Shown in pieces: positions 9,381 through 18,642 of a DNA stretch of 64,000 nucleotides. Every line of letters begins with the position of its first letter. Position 1 is the first letter of the stretch. The notes under the pieces were generated by a model. The model was given only the letters and a program-made list of their open reading frames with translations. It made no database searches and was not told the origin of the DNA. Made by a program: the position numbers and the translations under genes. Location: the sequence record MW749006.1; one strand, 5' to 3'.

Positions 9381-11076
9381 TCAGAAGAACGATGAAAAAC
9401 CACTTAACATTGATGACATTACTAAGGAAGATTTGATAGTTCCTGAAAGTACATCACCTACGGGTAAGATCCTTAACCACGGTTATGAGACTACAATAAC
9501 TGAAGAAGAAGAACCTGTTCTTGATTTGAACGATGATGAGTTAGATGAAGTTGAAGAAGAAGACACTTCATTAGACACTATGTTTGATCAAGATCAACCT
9601 GAAGTGATTGTAGAGGCACCTAAGGTAGAAGAGAAGGTAGAAGAGAAGCGTAAACCTAACGCGCGTGTAGAACAATCTATTACTTCTTCTGAACCCTTTG
9701 AGAAAGGTCACACGGTAAACCTTCCTTCAGTTGGTTTAACTGAGTTTAACGAAAAGATTCAACAGTTCAATAAAGTAGACATTGAAAACTTAACTGATGA
9801 ACTAACTGCGTGGCGTGAAGTAAGTGAAGGTGCTGTTGAGTTCTATACTCCTAACGACACTTACTCTGAGCGTTTTACAGATCCTACTTCTGAATTCCGT
9901 CAAGGTATCGAAGATAAAGAAGGTAATCTTTCTGGTATCGCTCCCGTTAAGTTCCGTAGCGGTGGTGGTGAGCTTAAAGGTAACGCTGCTGTATTGAAAG
10001 TATCTCGTATGTTAGGTTTAGGTGATGTTATTAATATCCCTTTACCACACTCAGGTATCTGGGTAACGATTAAACCAGCTACAGAGAAAGACTTAATTGA
10101 CTTCTACAACTCTATCTTTAGAGAGAAGATCATGCTTGGTCGTTCTACTTATGGTTTAACTTTAACTAACTTCTCTACGTACGTTAACAAACGCTTGTTT
10201 GAGTTCATTGTTAACAAACACGTCCATGCGGTTAACTATGATAAAGAAGCTATTCCAAAAGAGAAACTACAAGACTATATCCTCATCCATGATTACCATG
10301 TTCTTGTGTGGGGTTTTATCTGCAGTCTTTATCCTAATGGGTATAATTATAGTCGCGTCTGTGTTAATGACATTGAGAAGTGTACCGCTAAAGAAGAAGC
10401 TAAACTAAACTTAGCTAAACTACTTTGGATTGATAACAAGTCTTTGTCTGAAGTACAGAAGAATATTCTTTATGAAGTTCGTCCAGGTAAACTGAACTCT
10501 GAACATTATAAGAAGTTCATCAGTGAACATACTCGTGTGTCTTCCACTGTACTTACTCTTAAGCAAGGTATCAAAGTTACTTTCAAAGTACCTACCTTTG
10601 CTGAACATATTGAAGACGGTATGAGTTGGATCACTACCATCAACAATAAGATCGAGAGTGAGATCATTGATGCTGACTTGAGCGATGATAAAGAAGAAGA
10701 AGCTAAGAATGAACTACTGACTCAGTATGTTAAGTCATCTGCGTTACGTAGTATCAGTCACTTCATCGACTACATTGAGTTTACTGAAGATAAAGAGATT
10801 GTAACTGATCGTCGTAGTATCAGTCAGATCTTAGAGACTATCTCTGGTGATGACGATGTACGTGAGAAGATCACTGAAGCTGTTCTTAAGTTCCAGTCAG
10901 ATACTACCATTGCTCTTATTGGTATTCCTGAGTACACATGTAAGTCATGTAACTCACCACAGAACACCGATCCTTACAACGAGCGTTTCTCTTCGGTGAT
11001 TCCTCTTGATGTATTGGGTCTGGTTTTTTTACTCCTAACTTCGAAGATCTGGAAAATCCTGGAACGGGAAGTTTAG
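9373..11076 (+). CDS. Conserved jumbo-phage protein, 567 aa (putative tail/baseplate assembly chaperone, unshifted product)
   Basis: ATG 9373 with SD AGGAG; acidic N-terminus; C-terminal CKSC motif; slippery T TTT TTA at 11025-11031. Confidence 0.7.
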   Translation: MTDQKNDEKPLNIDDITKEDLIVPESTSPTGKILNHGYETTITEEEEPVLDLNDDELDEVEEEDTSLDTMFDQDQPEVIVEAPKVEEKVEEKRKPNARVEQSITSSEPFEKGHTVNLPSVGLTEFNEKIQQFNKVDIENLTDELTAWREVSEGAVEFYTPNDTYSERFTDPTSEFRQGIEDKEGNLSGIAPVKFRSGGGELKGNAAVLKVSRMLGLGDVINIPLPHSGIWVTIKPATEKDLIDFYNSIFREKIMLGRSTYGLTLTNFSTYVNKRLFEFIVNKHVHAVNYDKEAIPKEKLQDYILIHDYHVLVWGFICSLYPNGYNYSRVCVNDIEKCTAKEEAKLNLAKLLWIDNKSLSEVQKNILYEVRPGKLNSEHYKKFISEHTRVSSTVLTLKQGIKVTFKVPTFAEHIEDGMSWITTINNKIESEIIDADLSDDKEEEAKNELLTQYVKSSALRSISHFIDYIEFTEDKEIVTDRRSISQILETISGDDDVREKITEAVLKFQSDTTIALIGIPEYTCKSCNSPQNTDPYNERFSSVIPLDVLGLVFLLLTSKIWKILEREV

Positions 11077-11525
11077 GTTATATAGCTAACCAGTGGTTCG
11101 GTTACGATATAGGCTTCGAAGGGTATTTAGAATTAGTAAAGGAAGCTCTTACAAAGTTCAAGCTAAGTAAGAACTACCTTTACAACAAACAACTACTAAT
11201 AGAACTGTACGAGACTAAGTTCGGTATACGTGATCACATTAACCATGGTGGTGGATTAGCTTCTGTTTCGTTTAACGATTCTGAGAAGTATATGCACAAC
11301 TACTTATACGAGAAATACTTAAGTAGTTTCATGTACCGAAACATAGGAACAAAGCTTAACATAAGTTTTGATGATTATATAGATAGACCAAGATACGATA
11401 TAGAGACGATCAATAGACTAGCTGACAAGATGGATCAAGAGAAGATTAAAGCTAACTCAGACACTCTAGGAGATCTTGAGAAGAGTTATAAAGATCCAGG
11501 TAAGAAAGACTCAATGTTAATGTAA
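11031..11525 (+). CDS. -1 frame extension (probable programmed-frameshift product, ~717 aa in total)
   Basis: The -1 frame is open from 11010 to TAA 11523-11525, with no ATG/GTG/TTG until 11292. It reads FTPNFEDLENPGTGSLGYIANQWFGYD...YMHNYLYEKY... Confidence 0.6.
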   Translation, partial: TPNFEDLENPGTGSLGYIANQWFGYDIGFEGYLELVKEALTKFKLSKNYLYNKQLLIELYETKFGIRDHINHGGGLASVSFNDSEKYMHNYLYEKYLSSFMYRNIGTKLNISFDDYIDRPRYDIETINRLADKMDQEKIKANSDTLGDLEKSYKDPGKKDSMLM

Positions 11526-11527
11526 CT

Positions 11528-11557
11528 CTACCACCTAGGAGCAATCCTGGGTGGTAG
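11528..11557 (+). terminator. Hairpin with GCAA tetraloop
   Basis: ctaccacctagga-gcaa-tcctgggtggtag; related to 38666-38691. Confidence 0.6.
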
Positions 11558-11577
11558 ACATTGGATTGTTTTATAGC

Positions 11578-11594
11578 TACATATATAGTAAGTA
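11578..11594 (+). promoter_or_regulatory. Candidate phage RNAP promoter (ACATATATA motif)
   Basis: tACATATATAgtaag directly after a terminator and before a + strand gene; one of five intergenic copies. Confidence 0.5.
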
Positions 11595-11664
11595 TACAAG
11601 TACTGTATTCTTACAGTGCTATTACTTAGTTGTACACACAGTACATTATAACTGGAGAACTAAA

Positions 11665-12519
11665 ATGTATAGCGAACTAAACATATTAAGAGATTCAAAA
11701 AGATTCGACGTTGGAAATTTCATCAAGAAGAAAAGTTTGGAGAAACAATCTGGCGAGAACTTCACCTTTGGTAGTGTTACTATAGACTGTGATTTAAGGA
11801 AGGGACTGGACGACTTAACAATAAGTACCGTTACATACACAGAAGGTAATCAAGTTAACGTTTATCTACTAGACGGTTACCTTCCCGAGAATAATTCTAA
11901 ACTAGATCTTATCCAGACTGTATCTAAGTTGAAGCCCAACCACGGTTATAAGATAGAGATAGTTATAACTAACTCTGAGTTGTCTTTACTACAACTACTG
12001 TTTAAGAAATTACAAACAGTTGAAGTAGACTTTATATCTTCTTGGAATTTACAATTTCTAGTAGACAAAACAACAGACACTCTAGATAACTTAAAAAAGG
12101 AACCTGGAGAACTCTTTGACGATAACTTATATCACAAGTGGAGTATTAAAGAACGAAACCCAAGGGATGGAGCGAGACTTTTAGCTCCTCACCAGCGTTG
12201 GATTGAGTTAGCATTTGACAATAGAAGTTTGATGTTATGTTCTATGCAAGTTTATAGTCAACTACGTTCTCACCTAACGCTAGATAGTTATAGTATATCT
12301 AATGTTTTAAAGAAAGAGTCTGTTAGTTCTGGAGACTTTACAGGATACGGAAAAGTTGACACTAAAACAGGTATAAATTGGCATATCGAAATGCAGGAAC
12401 AATATCCTTTAGACTATTTAGCTATCCATGTGGTAGATGCTATTGATGAAAGTAATCTAAACAAACACACTCAAGACTTTAGTGTAAACTTACCTAACCT
12501 ATATTTAAAGGAAGATTAA
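11665..12519 (+). CDS. Hypothetical protein, 284 aa
   Basis: ATG 11665 with SD GGAG; the ORF-track extension overlaps the terminator and promoter. Confidence 0.7.
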   Translation: MYSELNILRDSKRFDVGNFIKKKSLEKQSGENFTFGSVTIDCDLRKGLDDLTISTVTYTEGNQVNVYLLDGYLPENNSKLDLIQTVSKLKPNHGYKIEIVITNSELSLLQLLFKKLQTVEVDFISSWNLQFLVDKTTDTLDNLKKEPGELFDDNLYHKWSIKERNPRDGARLLAPHQRWIELAFDNRSLMLCSMQVYSQLRSHLTLDSYSISNVLKKESVSSGDFTGYGKVDTKTGINWHIEMQEQYPLDYLAIHVVDAIDESNLNKHTQDFSVNLPNLYLKED

Positions 12520-12520
12520 A

Positions 12521-13291
12521 ATGCCTAAACTAATAGTTGAACAACTGAACATCACACAAGTAACTGGTAAACTAGTAAATCTAACAGTCACACAACACCC
12601 ACGTCTTTTGAAGTTAATTGAAATGCTAAAGTTGGACATAGAAGATGTTAGTGTTGCTCTTAAGACTATAAAAGTTCTATGGGGCGCTAAGTGTCTTGAA
12701 AAGGAACATCGAATCTTAATGGGTGTAGTAGATAAAAGGGGTATCATTCATACGGTTATGTTAAAGACTGATGATCATGTTGAGTTTTACGGTAACTAGT
12801 ACGGATACCCTAAGTGTTGTATTGACGAGTTTAAAGTCAGAAGCATTAAAGGTAAAGAAGCTAATGTGTTTGACGGTACAGGTTATGTAGCTTGTCCTGA
12901 ATGTAGGAAAAAAGACCCTAGTGAAATAGTAGAGTACATCACCAACAATAGACTAGCCTCGTTTCCCTTTAATCTTCGTAACAACGCTATAAGTGAAATA
13001 TTGGATGTGATTATGCATTATAACTTCATTAGCGAGATGCAGGAAAAACATAAGGAAATCAATCTCTCTGTAAGTACCTCAACTGACGAAATTACCTTAA
13101 TGCAATTTAGTAAATTAGTTAAAGGTATAGAAAGTTGTGAGAACACTCGACCAGAACTGAAAAAAGAATTAATTGCTCTACGTGAAGAAGTGAATCAAAT
13201 TCTATACAATTTTGAAAACGGAGAAGATCAACCAGAAAACTCTATATCCTTAACGTTTGATAAGATACAGCAATACAAGAAATACTTCTAA
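12521..13291 (+). pseudogene. Single 256-codon gene interrupted by an in-frame TAG (12797-12799); Cys-motif protein YGYPKCC...GTGYVACPEC
   Basis: ORFs 12521-12799 and 12866-13291 are in the same frame, separated only by TAG. The sequence reads FYGN*YGYPKCCIDEF...FDGTGYVACPEC. Confidence 0.6.
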
Positions 13292-13299
13292 GAGTAACT

Positions 13300-13340
13300 A
13301 CCACTACCCGGCTTTCGCTAGGTAGTGGTTTCTTTTTTCT
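13300..13340 (+). terminator. Terminator of the dispersed ACCACTACC hairpin family
   Basis: accactacccggctttcgctaggtagtggt plus ttctttttt; 27/30 identical to 60638-60667. Confidence 0.7.
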
Positions 13341-13365
13341 ATAATTACATTTGAAATTTCTACAG

Positions 13366-13391
13366 TTACATATATAATAAGTATAGAGACT
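13366..13391 (+). promoter_or_regulatory. Candidate phage RNAP promoter
   Basis: TTACATATATAAtaagtaTAGAGACT, matching the layout at 42685-42708. Confidence 0.55.
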
Positions 13392-13464
13392 GTAGTAATC
13401 TTTACTCAGTCATTCTTTTAGCTATCTCGAATACATCGAGTAGCCCAACGACCTGGAGGTCAAC

Positions 13465-13971
13465 ATGAAAAAGATTGAAGATATGATGTTTTTGCAAGTA
13501 GCTCATGGGGGTTACCCAGCGGGCACTCCCGTGGTGGAGGCTGAGAAGAGCTCAGCACACTACCAAGCCACCGCCATGTTAGGCGGTCGGCAGGTGCCGA
13601 CCATCTATTGCAAACTGGCCGGCGCGGAGGGACCAGCCACCCTCGCCATCCCTCGCTTTGAGGGACTGGTTGGGGATAAACATCCCACCGACCCCGAAGT
13701 AGTGGGACCGTTTGTATGTACGGGCCTTGGCCGCGTGGCGGAGGATAAACTCCCACCGGAGTACGCGGCGTACATTGCCGTGGGTTATGATTACCCATAC
13801 GCTAAGTTCGATGTGTGTGTCAACACCGTGACGGACAGCGGTAAGGTCCGCGTAGAGTTACCAAAACACCCAGTCGTAAACTTTCGGGAGGAAGTTGAGA
13901 AGTACCTAGAGGAACTCAAATCTAAAGGAAAGGAACTGGAGGTCGAGTACAAAGACTACGGTACTTACTAG
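13465..13971 (+). CDS. Hypothetical protein, GC-rich accessory gene
   Basis: SD GGAGG; hand count 75/120 GC at 13561-13680 versus 19/60 at 13201-13260. Confidence 0.75.
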   Translation: MKKIEDMMFLQVAHGGYPAGTPVVEAEKSSAHYQATAMLGGRQVPTIYCKLAGAEGPATLAIPRFEGLVGDKHPTDPEVVGPFVCTGLGRVAEDKLPPEYAAYIAVGYDYPYAKFDVCVNTVTDSGKVRVELPKHPVVNFREEVEKYLEELKSKGKELEVEYKDYGTY

Positions 13972-13983
13972 TACCCCAGTATT

Positions 13984-14014
13984 AAGAGAGCCCATTATGG
14001 GTTCTCTTTTTTTC
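13984..14014 (+). terminator. Intrinsic terminator
   Basis: aagagagccca-tta-tgggttctctt plus a T-run. Confidence 0.7.
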
Positions 14015-14131
14015 TTTATTTACTCTAAGCTTCTTTAAAGGATAGTATCTCTACCCTTACCTAAGTTACTACTTAACAAACATAACCCTCCCTAGAGACC
14101 TACAGAGGCTCTAGGGAGGATAGTTTCACTC

Positions 14132-16276
14132 TTACTGTTGTGTTAGCTTATCTTGTTCTATCTTAAACAACTCACCTACTGTAAAGTTGTCATCAAGTAT
14201 CACTCCTAAAGAAGCTAAAATGATTCTTTGTTGACTAGTAGTATCTAGAATGATTCGTTTGATATCAATGACTCTTAGAATCTCATCTGGTATACCACTA
14301 CCTTGAATGTAAGTTTCGTTGATGTACATAGTTGGTAAGTCTTTCTTGTTGTGATCTTCTAACCACAAACCAAACCTTTCAGCTAAAGCTCTATCTTCAA
14401 TACCATCTAACCAATCCTTAAGTTTAGTTCTACTTGTTATAGTAGTAGGTATCTTGATGCAGTCATAAGGAGGAGCTTGCCACTCACCGTACTTAGGAGC
14501 AAAAACGTTTTGCCATAGAGTGTGTCGTTGGTAAGGAGATCTCTTCTCGTCTTGAGAGTACGAGTCTGGAGTATTTACTTTACTTTTACGTAAGTACATA
14601 GCCTCTCCACGGTTAACACTATCAATGATGTCTGTCTCAATACCAACTATATCTCTGATGACATCGTTGAGTTTAATCTTCTTGTTGTTACTAACTGACT
14701 CTAAGATATAATCCATTAACTTATATCCACGCTCAATCACGTGTGTTGGTATAGCAGAAGACTGTAACCCAACCCCTTTAATCTCAACGTCAGGTTTACG
14801 GAAAACGTTACCTTCTTGAATTACGGTCTGTGCAAAGTAATGTTTACTAAGTTCAGTTGTAATGTGAGTTAACCACAAGTACTCGTTCTTCATAGCTAAA
14901 GTGTGTAGGAACTCTTTATCTACGTTCATGTTACTGGACAAGATAGCTAACTTGTTTACAATCGCTTGTGATGCTATATAAGACACTACACCAGCTAGTC
15001 CGATAGTTTCATCAGTTACAATGTAATCTCCTTTATACCAAGTGATCCACTCGTCTAGCGTAAAGCAAGTTGAGTCAGTGTCACTAAGAACAACACAGCG
15101 ACGTAACATGTTCTTTAAACGGAACGAGTTAACTGGCATCTTGTCGTTCATAAAGAAAGTGTTGAAGAACAACTGGTACTTATACAACGTAGAGATAAAC
15201 TGTTCTGCTGTCTTGTGTAAAGAAGAAGCTAACGAAGTCTTGTTCATCTCAGCGTAATCTTTACCTTTACCTTTAACATCAGTAAAGAAGATAGTATGTA
15301 CGCAGTTCATTACAGATTCATCTATTGTGTATAACACAGAAGGATCATCCATAACCTCGTCACTAGTAACCTTAACTAATAACTCAGATAACAAGTTACG
15401 TAAGAAACCATCGTTAAACTTTCTAAGGTGGTATAGGTCACCAGAATAACAAATCATAGCTAGTTGATATGAGTTTAAGTTATTAAGGAAAGGAATAATT
15501 CTAGTAGCATAATAGTTGTTATCTGAAAAGTAAAGATCTGTAGAGAACTTAAGAACTTCTACAGTGTCTTCTACGGTTGGTAAGTGTAAGTTGAACTTAG
15601 CTACAGTTTGTTGTATAGCTTCTAAGTCAATTTCAGTAGTCATGTAGACCATGTAGTTAAGAACGTCTTCAGGAGAAGGAAGGTAACGGTTACCTGCTAT
15701 CAAGTGCTCGTTACTTGCGTTACTTAAACTAGTGATGGTTCTAGTAATAGATGTTAACGTGTTATGTGCTGTTGGGTTATGAAGCACACAAGCTCTGCTA
15801 CTAAACACTCCAGATAAGGAGTTGTTACGAATCTTCATGGTGTTTTGTTGATAGTTCTTAGCAACAGATAGTTCCATGTTTCCATCAGCTTTAGCTTTCT
15901 GACTTTCTTTCTTTGCTATAGCACGCTTACGTACGTTTTGAAAAATGAACTCTGACAGAATACTTTTCTTCACACTCATATTAACATAAGAAGTAAAGGT
16001 AGGTACTAAGATATTCTTACTAGCTAAGTTCTCTTTTATATAAGTCATCAGAGTAGAGTCTTTAACTACCCTGTCTCCGTTCTCTTCCCTATGGAAATGT
16101 TTGATGTTCTTATCTTTAAAATGTGTCTTTACTAATGTAATGGCCTTCTCTCTTGCTACACTCAACGGTAGTTGTTTACTAGTAGAGATGTAGTGAGTCA
16201 ACTGTTTTACGTATTCGTTAATAGGATTAAGCTGACTGTTATATTCAGTTTTATCTTTGAAGAAAATGTCTTTCAT
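14132..16276 (-). CDS. Split family-B DNA polymerase, palm motif B/C subunit (phiKZ gp50-like)
   Basis: Motif B QQNTMKIRNNSLSG, motif C LSDTDSTCF, later K-x-Y-like SKHYF and KGV elements. Confidence 0.8.
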   Translation of the reverse strand: MKDIFFKDKTEYNSQLNPINEYVKQLTHYISTSKQLPLSVAREKAITLVKTHFKDKNIKHFHREENGDRVVKDSTLMTYIKENLASKNILVPTFTSYVNMSVKKSILSEFIFQNVRKRAIAKKESQKAKADGNMELSVAKNYQQNTMKIRNNSLSGVFSSRACVLHNPTAHNTLTSITRTITSLSNASNEHLIAGNRYLPSPEDVLNYMVYMTTEIDLEAIQQTVAKFNLHLPTVEDTVEVLKFSTDLYFSDNNYYATRIIPFLNNLNSYQLAMICYSGDLYHLRKFNDGFLRNLLSELLVKVTSDEVMDDPSVLYTIDESVMNCVHTIFFTDVKGKGKDYAEMNKTSLASSLHKTAEQFISTLYKYQLFFNTFFMNDKMPVNSFRLKNMLRRCVVLSDTDSTCFTLDEWITWYKGDYIVTDETIGLAGVVSYIASQAIVNKLAILSSNMNVDKEFLHTLAMKNEYLWLTHITTELSKHYFAQTVIQEGNVFRKPDVEIKGVGLQSSAIPTHVIERGYKLMDYILESVSNNKKIKLNDVIRDIVGIETDIIDSVNRGEAMYLRKSKVNTPDSYSQDEKRSPYQRHTLWQNVFAPKYGEWQAPPYDCIKIPTTITSRTKLKDWLDGIEDRALAERFGLWLEDHNKKDLPTMYINETYIQGSGIPDEILRVIDIKRIILDTTSQQRIILASLGVILDDNFTVGELFKIEQDKLTQQ

Positions 16277-16365
16277 ATCGACCTCCAGTGATCAACCCAT
16301 ATATCTTTTTGTTTTATTAGAATAGCGTTATCCAAAATCCTTTGATATTTAACAGGAGACTACCC

Positions 16366-16581
16366 ATGTCTAACGATAATCCAGAAGAAATTGTAACACA
16401 AGTTAAAGTACAACGAGTAATGGCTAACGCTATTCCCCTCAGCAACATCTTAGAACTTAGCGTCTCTGTAATCAAGAAGTTAGCTGGTTCTGACATGGCA
16501 GATACTATCGGTGAACAAACACTCACTCGTGAAGTATTAACTAACTTAGTAGCTAACCGAATTAAAGAAAAACTTCTGTAG
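16366..16581 (+). CDS. Hypothetical protein, 71 aa
   Basis: ATG 16366 with SD AGGAG, divergent from the polymerase gene. Confidence 0.65.
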   Translation: MSNDNPEEIVTQVKVQRVMANAIPLSNILELSVSVIKKLAGSDMADTIGEQTLTREVLTNLVANRIKEKLL

Positions 16582-16593
16582 GAGAAAGTAGTA

Positions 16594-18042
16594 ATGATTA
16601 ATAAAGCATCCGCACAGATAGCTACTAACCTTGGAACTATCTTAGCTGAAAAGGAGTTAAAGATTGTTCCTAAATCAGGTACTCTTCTTTCAAACTTAAC
16701 TGCAAGCATTCAAGCTAACTTGTATTCAGGATCTAACTCAGTTGAAATGATTCCTGAGATGATTGAGATGGCTGCTGGTGGAGTTATTCGTAACTCTAGC
16801 TATACAGCTTCCGAACATGACTCTTACATGGATAACTTAATTGAAGATCTATCTAAATTAGTTTCTTCTTACATCTCCATGATTCGTGGCACGGTTAATC
16901 CAGTAGTTACTAAGTTCACTGATCGTTTAGTTGATGTAATGAATCAACACAAGTACCGTGCCGCTGAAGAGTTCTTTAATATAGAATACTTCAAACCACA
17001 CACAGTCTTCACAACTCCGTTGGTTACTTCTGAAGTTAAAGGTTATGACAACTTCACTAAGAGTACTTTTAAAGAACATCTCAACCTTGAAATTATTCGT
17101 GGTGAAGAGTTTGGTCTTTTAGATTACTTAATGACTGGAGATCACTCTCAAGACTTAGAAATTCGTAACTGGTTCTCTGGTGTAGAAAACTTAGCTAAGA
17201 GTTACATCACTGATGATGTTCCTGAATACACTATGTCTGTTCGTAATCTACTTAGTTACGGTTTGTTGAACTATCTGTTCTATCGTAACTTAGCTGAGAA
17301 GACTGATATCGAAACAGGTGATAGTATCACTGAGCTTCGTAATAAAGCAGCTAGTAACCGTGATTATTATGGTCGTCAATTAGCTACTTCTATTGGTTAC
17401 TACGAGAAAGCTATTCGCACTGGTAAGTTACTTTCTTCTGTATCTGATAACACTTTCTCTTACATGGGTAACGATTCAGTTGACTTAGTTATCTATGAAG
17501 ATAGTTTTGCTTCCTTCGCTAAAGACGGTGGTGATATTGAAGTTCTGTTTGGTTACCTCGCTACTAACCAACCAACTCTATATCTAGAAAGTTCTGCTTT
17601 ACTTAAGCAAGCTGACTTCTATCGTGAGAAATGGAATATCACTCGTAACTCGTATCTGATGTTCTTAAATAACTCTAAGTTGAATTCCTTCAAGAACTTG
17701 TTAACTCAAGTGTTTGATAGTTCTTTACTAGAGACTGTTGAACATGAAGCTATGCAGAAACATATTACTAGTGATCCTGGTTACCTGGAAAAGACTCGTC
17801 AGTTAGGCTATGCTTTCATTGATGACTTAGATGTTTCTGATATGGATAACTTAGATAAAATTGTTCTAGTTCTAGTGGCTAAGATTCGTTTCCGTTTCAC
17901 TAACGCTTATTTACTGTTACGTGATATGCAAGAATGTATGGCTATGTCAGAAGACATGACTCCAATGGAAGCATCTTTGTATGCGTCTGTTCGTTATGTT
18001 ACTGACTATATGTTAGAGCAAGCTGATTTAGTAACAGGTTAA
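16594..18042 (+). CDS. Conserved jumbo-phage protein, function unknown
   Basis: 482-aa ORF with SD GGAG and core-gene codon usage. Confidence 0.75.
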   Translation: MINKASAQIATNLGTILAEKELKIVPKSGTLLSNLTASIQANLYSGSNSVEMIPEMIEMAAGGVIRNSSYTASEHDSYMDNLIEDLSKLVSSYISMIRGTVNPVVTKFTDRLVDVMNQHKYRAAEEFFNIEYFKPHTVFTTPLVTSEVKGYDNFTKSTFKEHLNLEIIRGEEFGLLDYLMTGDHSQDLEIRNWFSGVENLAKSYITDDVPEYTMSVRNLLSYGLLNYLFYRNLAEKTDIETGDSITELRNKAASNRDYYGRQLATSIGYYEKAIRTGKLLSSVSDNTFSYMGNDSVDLVIYEDSFASFAKDGGDIEVLFGYLATNQPTLYLESSALLKQADFYREKWNITRNSYLMFLNNSKLNSFKNLLTQVFDSSLLETVEHEAMQKHITSDPGYLEKTRQLGYAFIDDLDVSDMDNLDKIVLVLVAKIRFRFTNAYLLLRDMQECMAMSEDMTPMEASLYASVRYVTDYMLEQADLVTG

Positions 18043-18220
18043 AAATAAATAAAATGTAATACTGTGGAAAAATACACGACAACAGCAGAAGCGATGTGTC
18101 TAGTGTAATGTCAACTTAACTTGTTAATTTCAATTACCCTTATTACATATCTTTGAAATTACAGTAAGCAATGCGTTAGTTCTAGATACAATTGTGTTTT
18201 TTCTTATTGTAGTTAGGGAC

Positions 18221-18250
18221 AGAGGATACCTGCTCACGCGGGTATCCTCT
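18221..18250 (+). terminator. Hairpin/terminator
   Basis: agaggatacctgc-tcac-gcgggtatcctct, 13-bp stem. Confidence 0.55.
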
Positions 18251-18324
18251 AGTTCTTACACGCATATTGTTTTTTCATTCCTAATTAGATACCATGAATA
18301 GACATTATCGGTTAGTAGTAATCT

Positions 18325-18441
18325 ATGGACAATAAAAAAACCACATCAAAGAGTTTCGATATAGTATCGTTAACCATAGGTAATATCCTTGTAGGTATAA
18401 TTACTTTAGGGTATGTGTTATATAGTTTAATGTATCCCTAG
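18325..18441 (+). CDS. Small membrane protein, 38 aa (not in ORF track)
   Basis: MDNKKTTSKSFDIVSLTIGNILVGIITLGYVLYSLMYP*; one hydrophobic helix; stop overlaps the SD of the next ORF. Confidence 0.45.
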   Translation: MDNKKTTSKSFDIVSLTIGNILVGIITLGYVLYSLMYP

Positions 18442-18449
18442 GAGGATAT

Positions 18450-18626
18450 ATGCCTAAAAGACTAGAAGAGTGTGAAGTTAGATTAAAGTTAGTTACAGAA
18501 GAATTAGAACAAACTAAATCAGATTTAACTAAATTAAAAACATCTATTAAAAGAGTAATGTTTAGAACCATGGTTGTAACTGTAATAGCGACAGTTTCGA
18601 TTGCAATTTGGTTATATTACTTATAG
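18450..18626 (+). CDS. Small coiled-coil plus C-terminal TM protein, 58 aa (not in ORF track)
   Basis: SD GGAGG; MPKRLEECEVRLKLVTEELEQTKSDLTKLKTSIKRVMFRTMVVTVIATVSIAIWLYYL*. Confidence 0.6.
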   Translation: MPKRLEECEVRLKLVTEELEQTKSDLTKLKTSIKRVMFRTMVVTVIATVSIAIWLYYL

Positions 18627-18642
18627 ATCAAATGGAGACAAC

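Noticed and set aside
13425-13434. 10-mer tctcgaatac shared between the omegaRNA and the leader hairpin
   Set aside because: Short and in a different structural context; compatible with chance.
16594-18042. Chimallin (nuclear shell) or PhuZ assignment
   Set aside because: No recognisable motifs. Neither gene could be supported in this window, so nucleus formation is inferred only from lineage.
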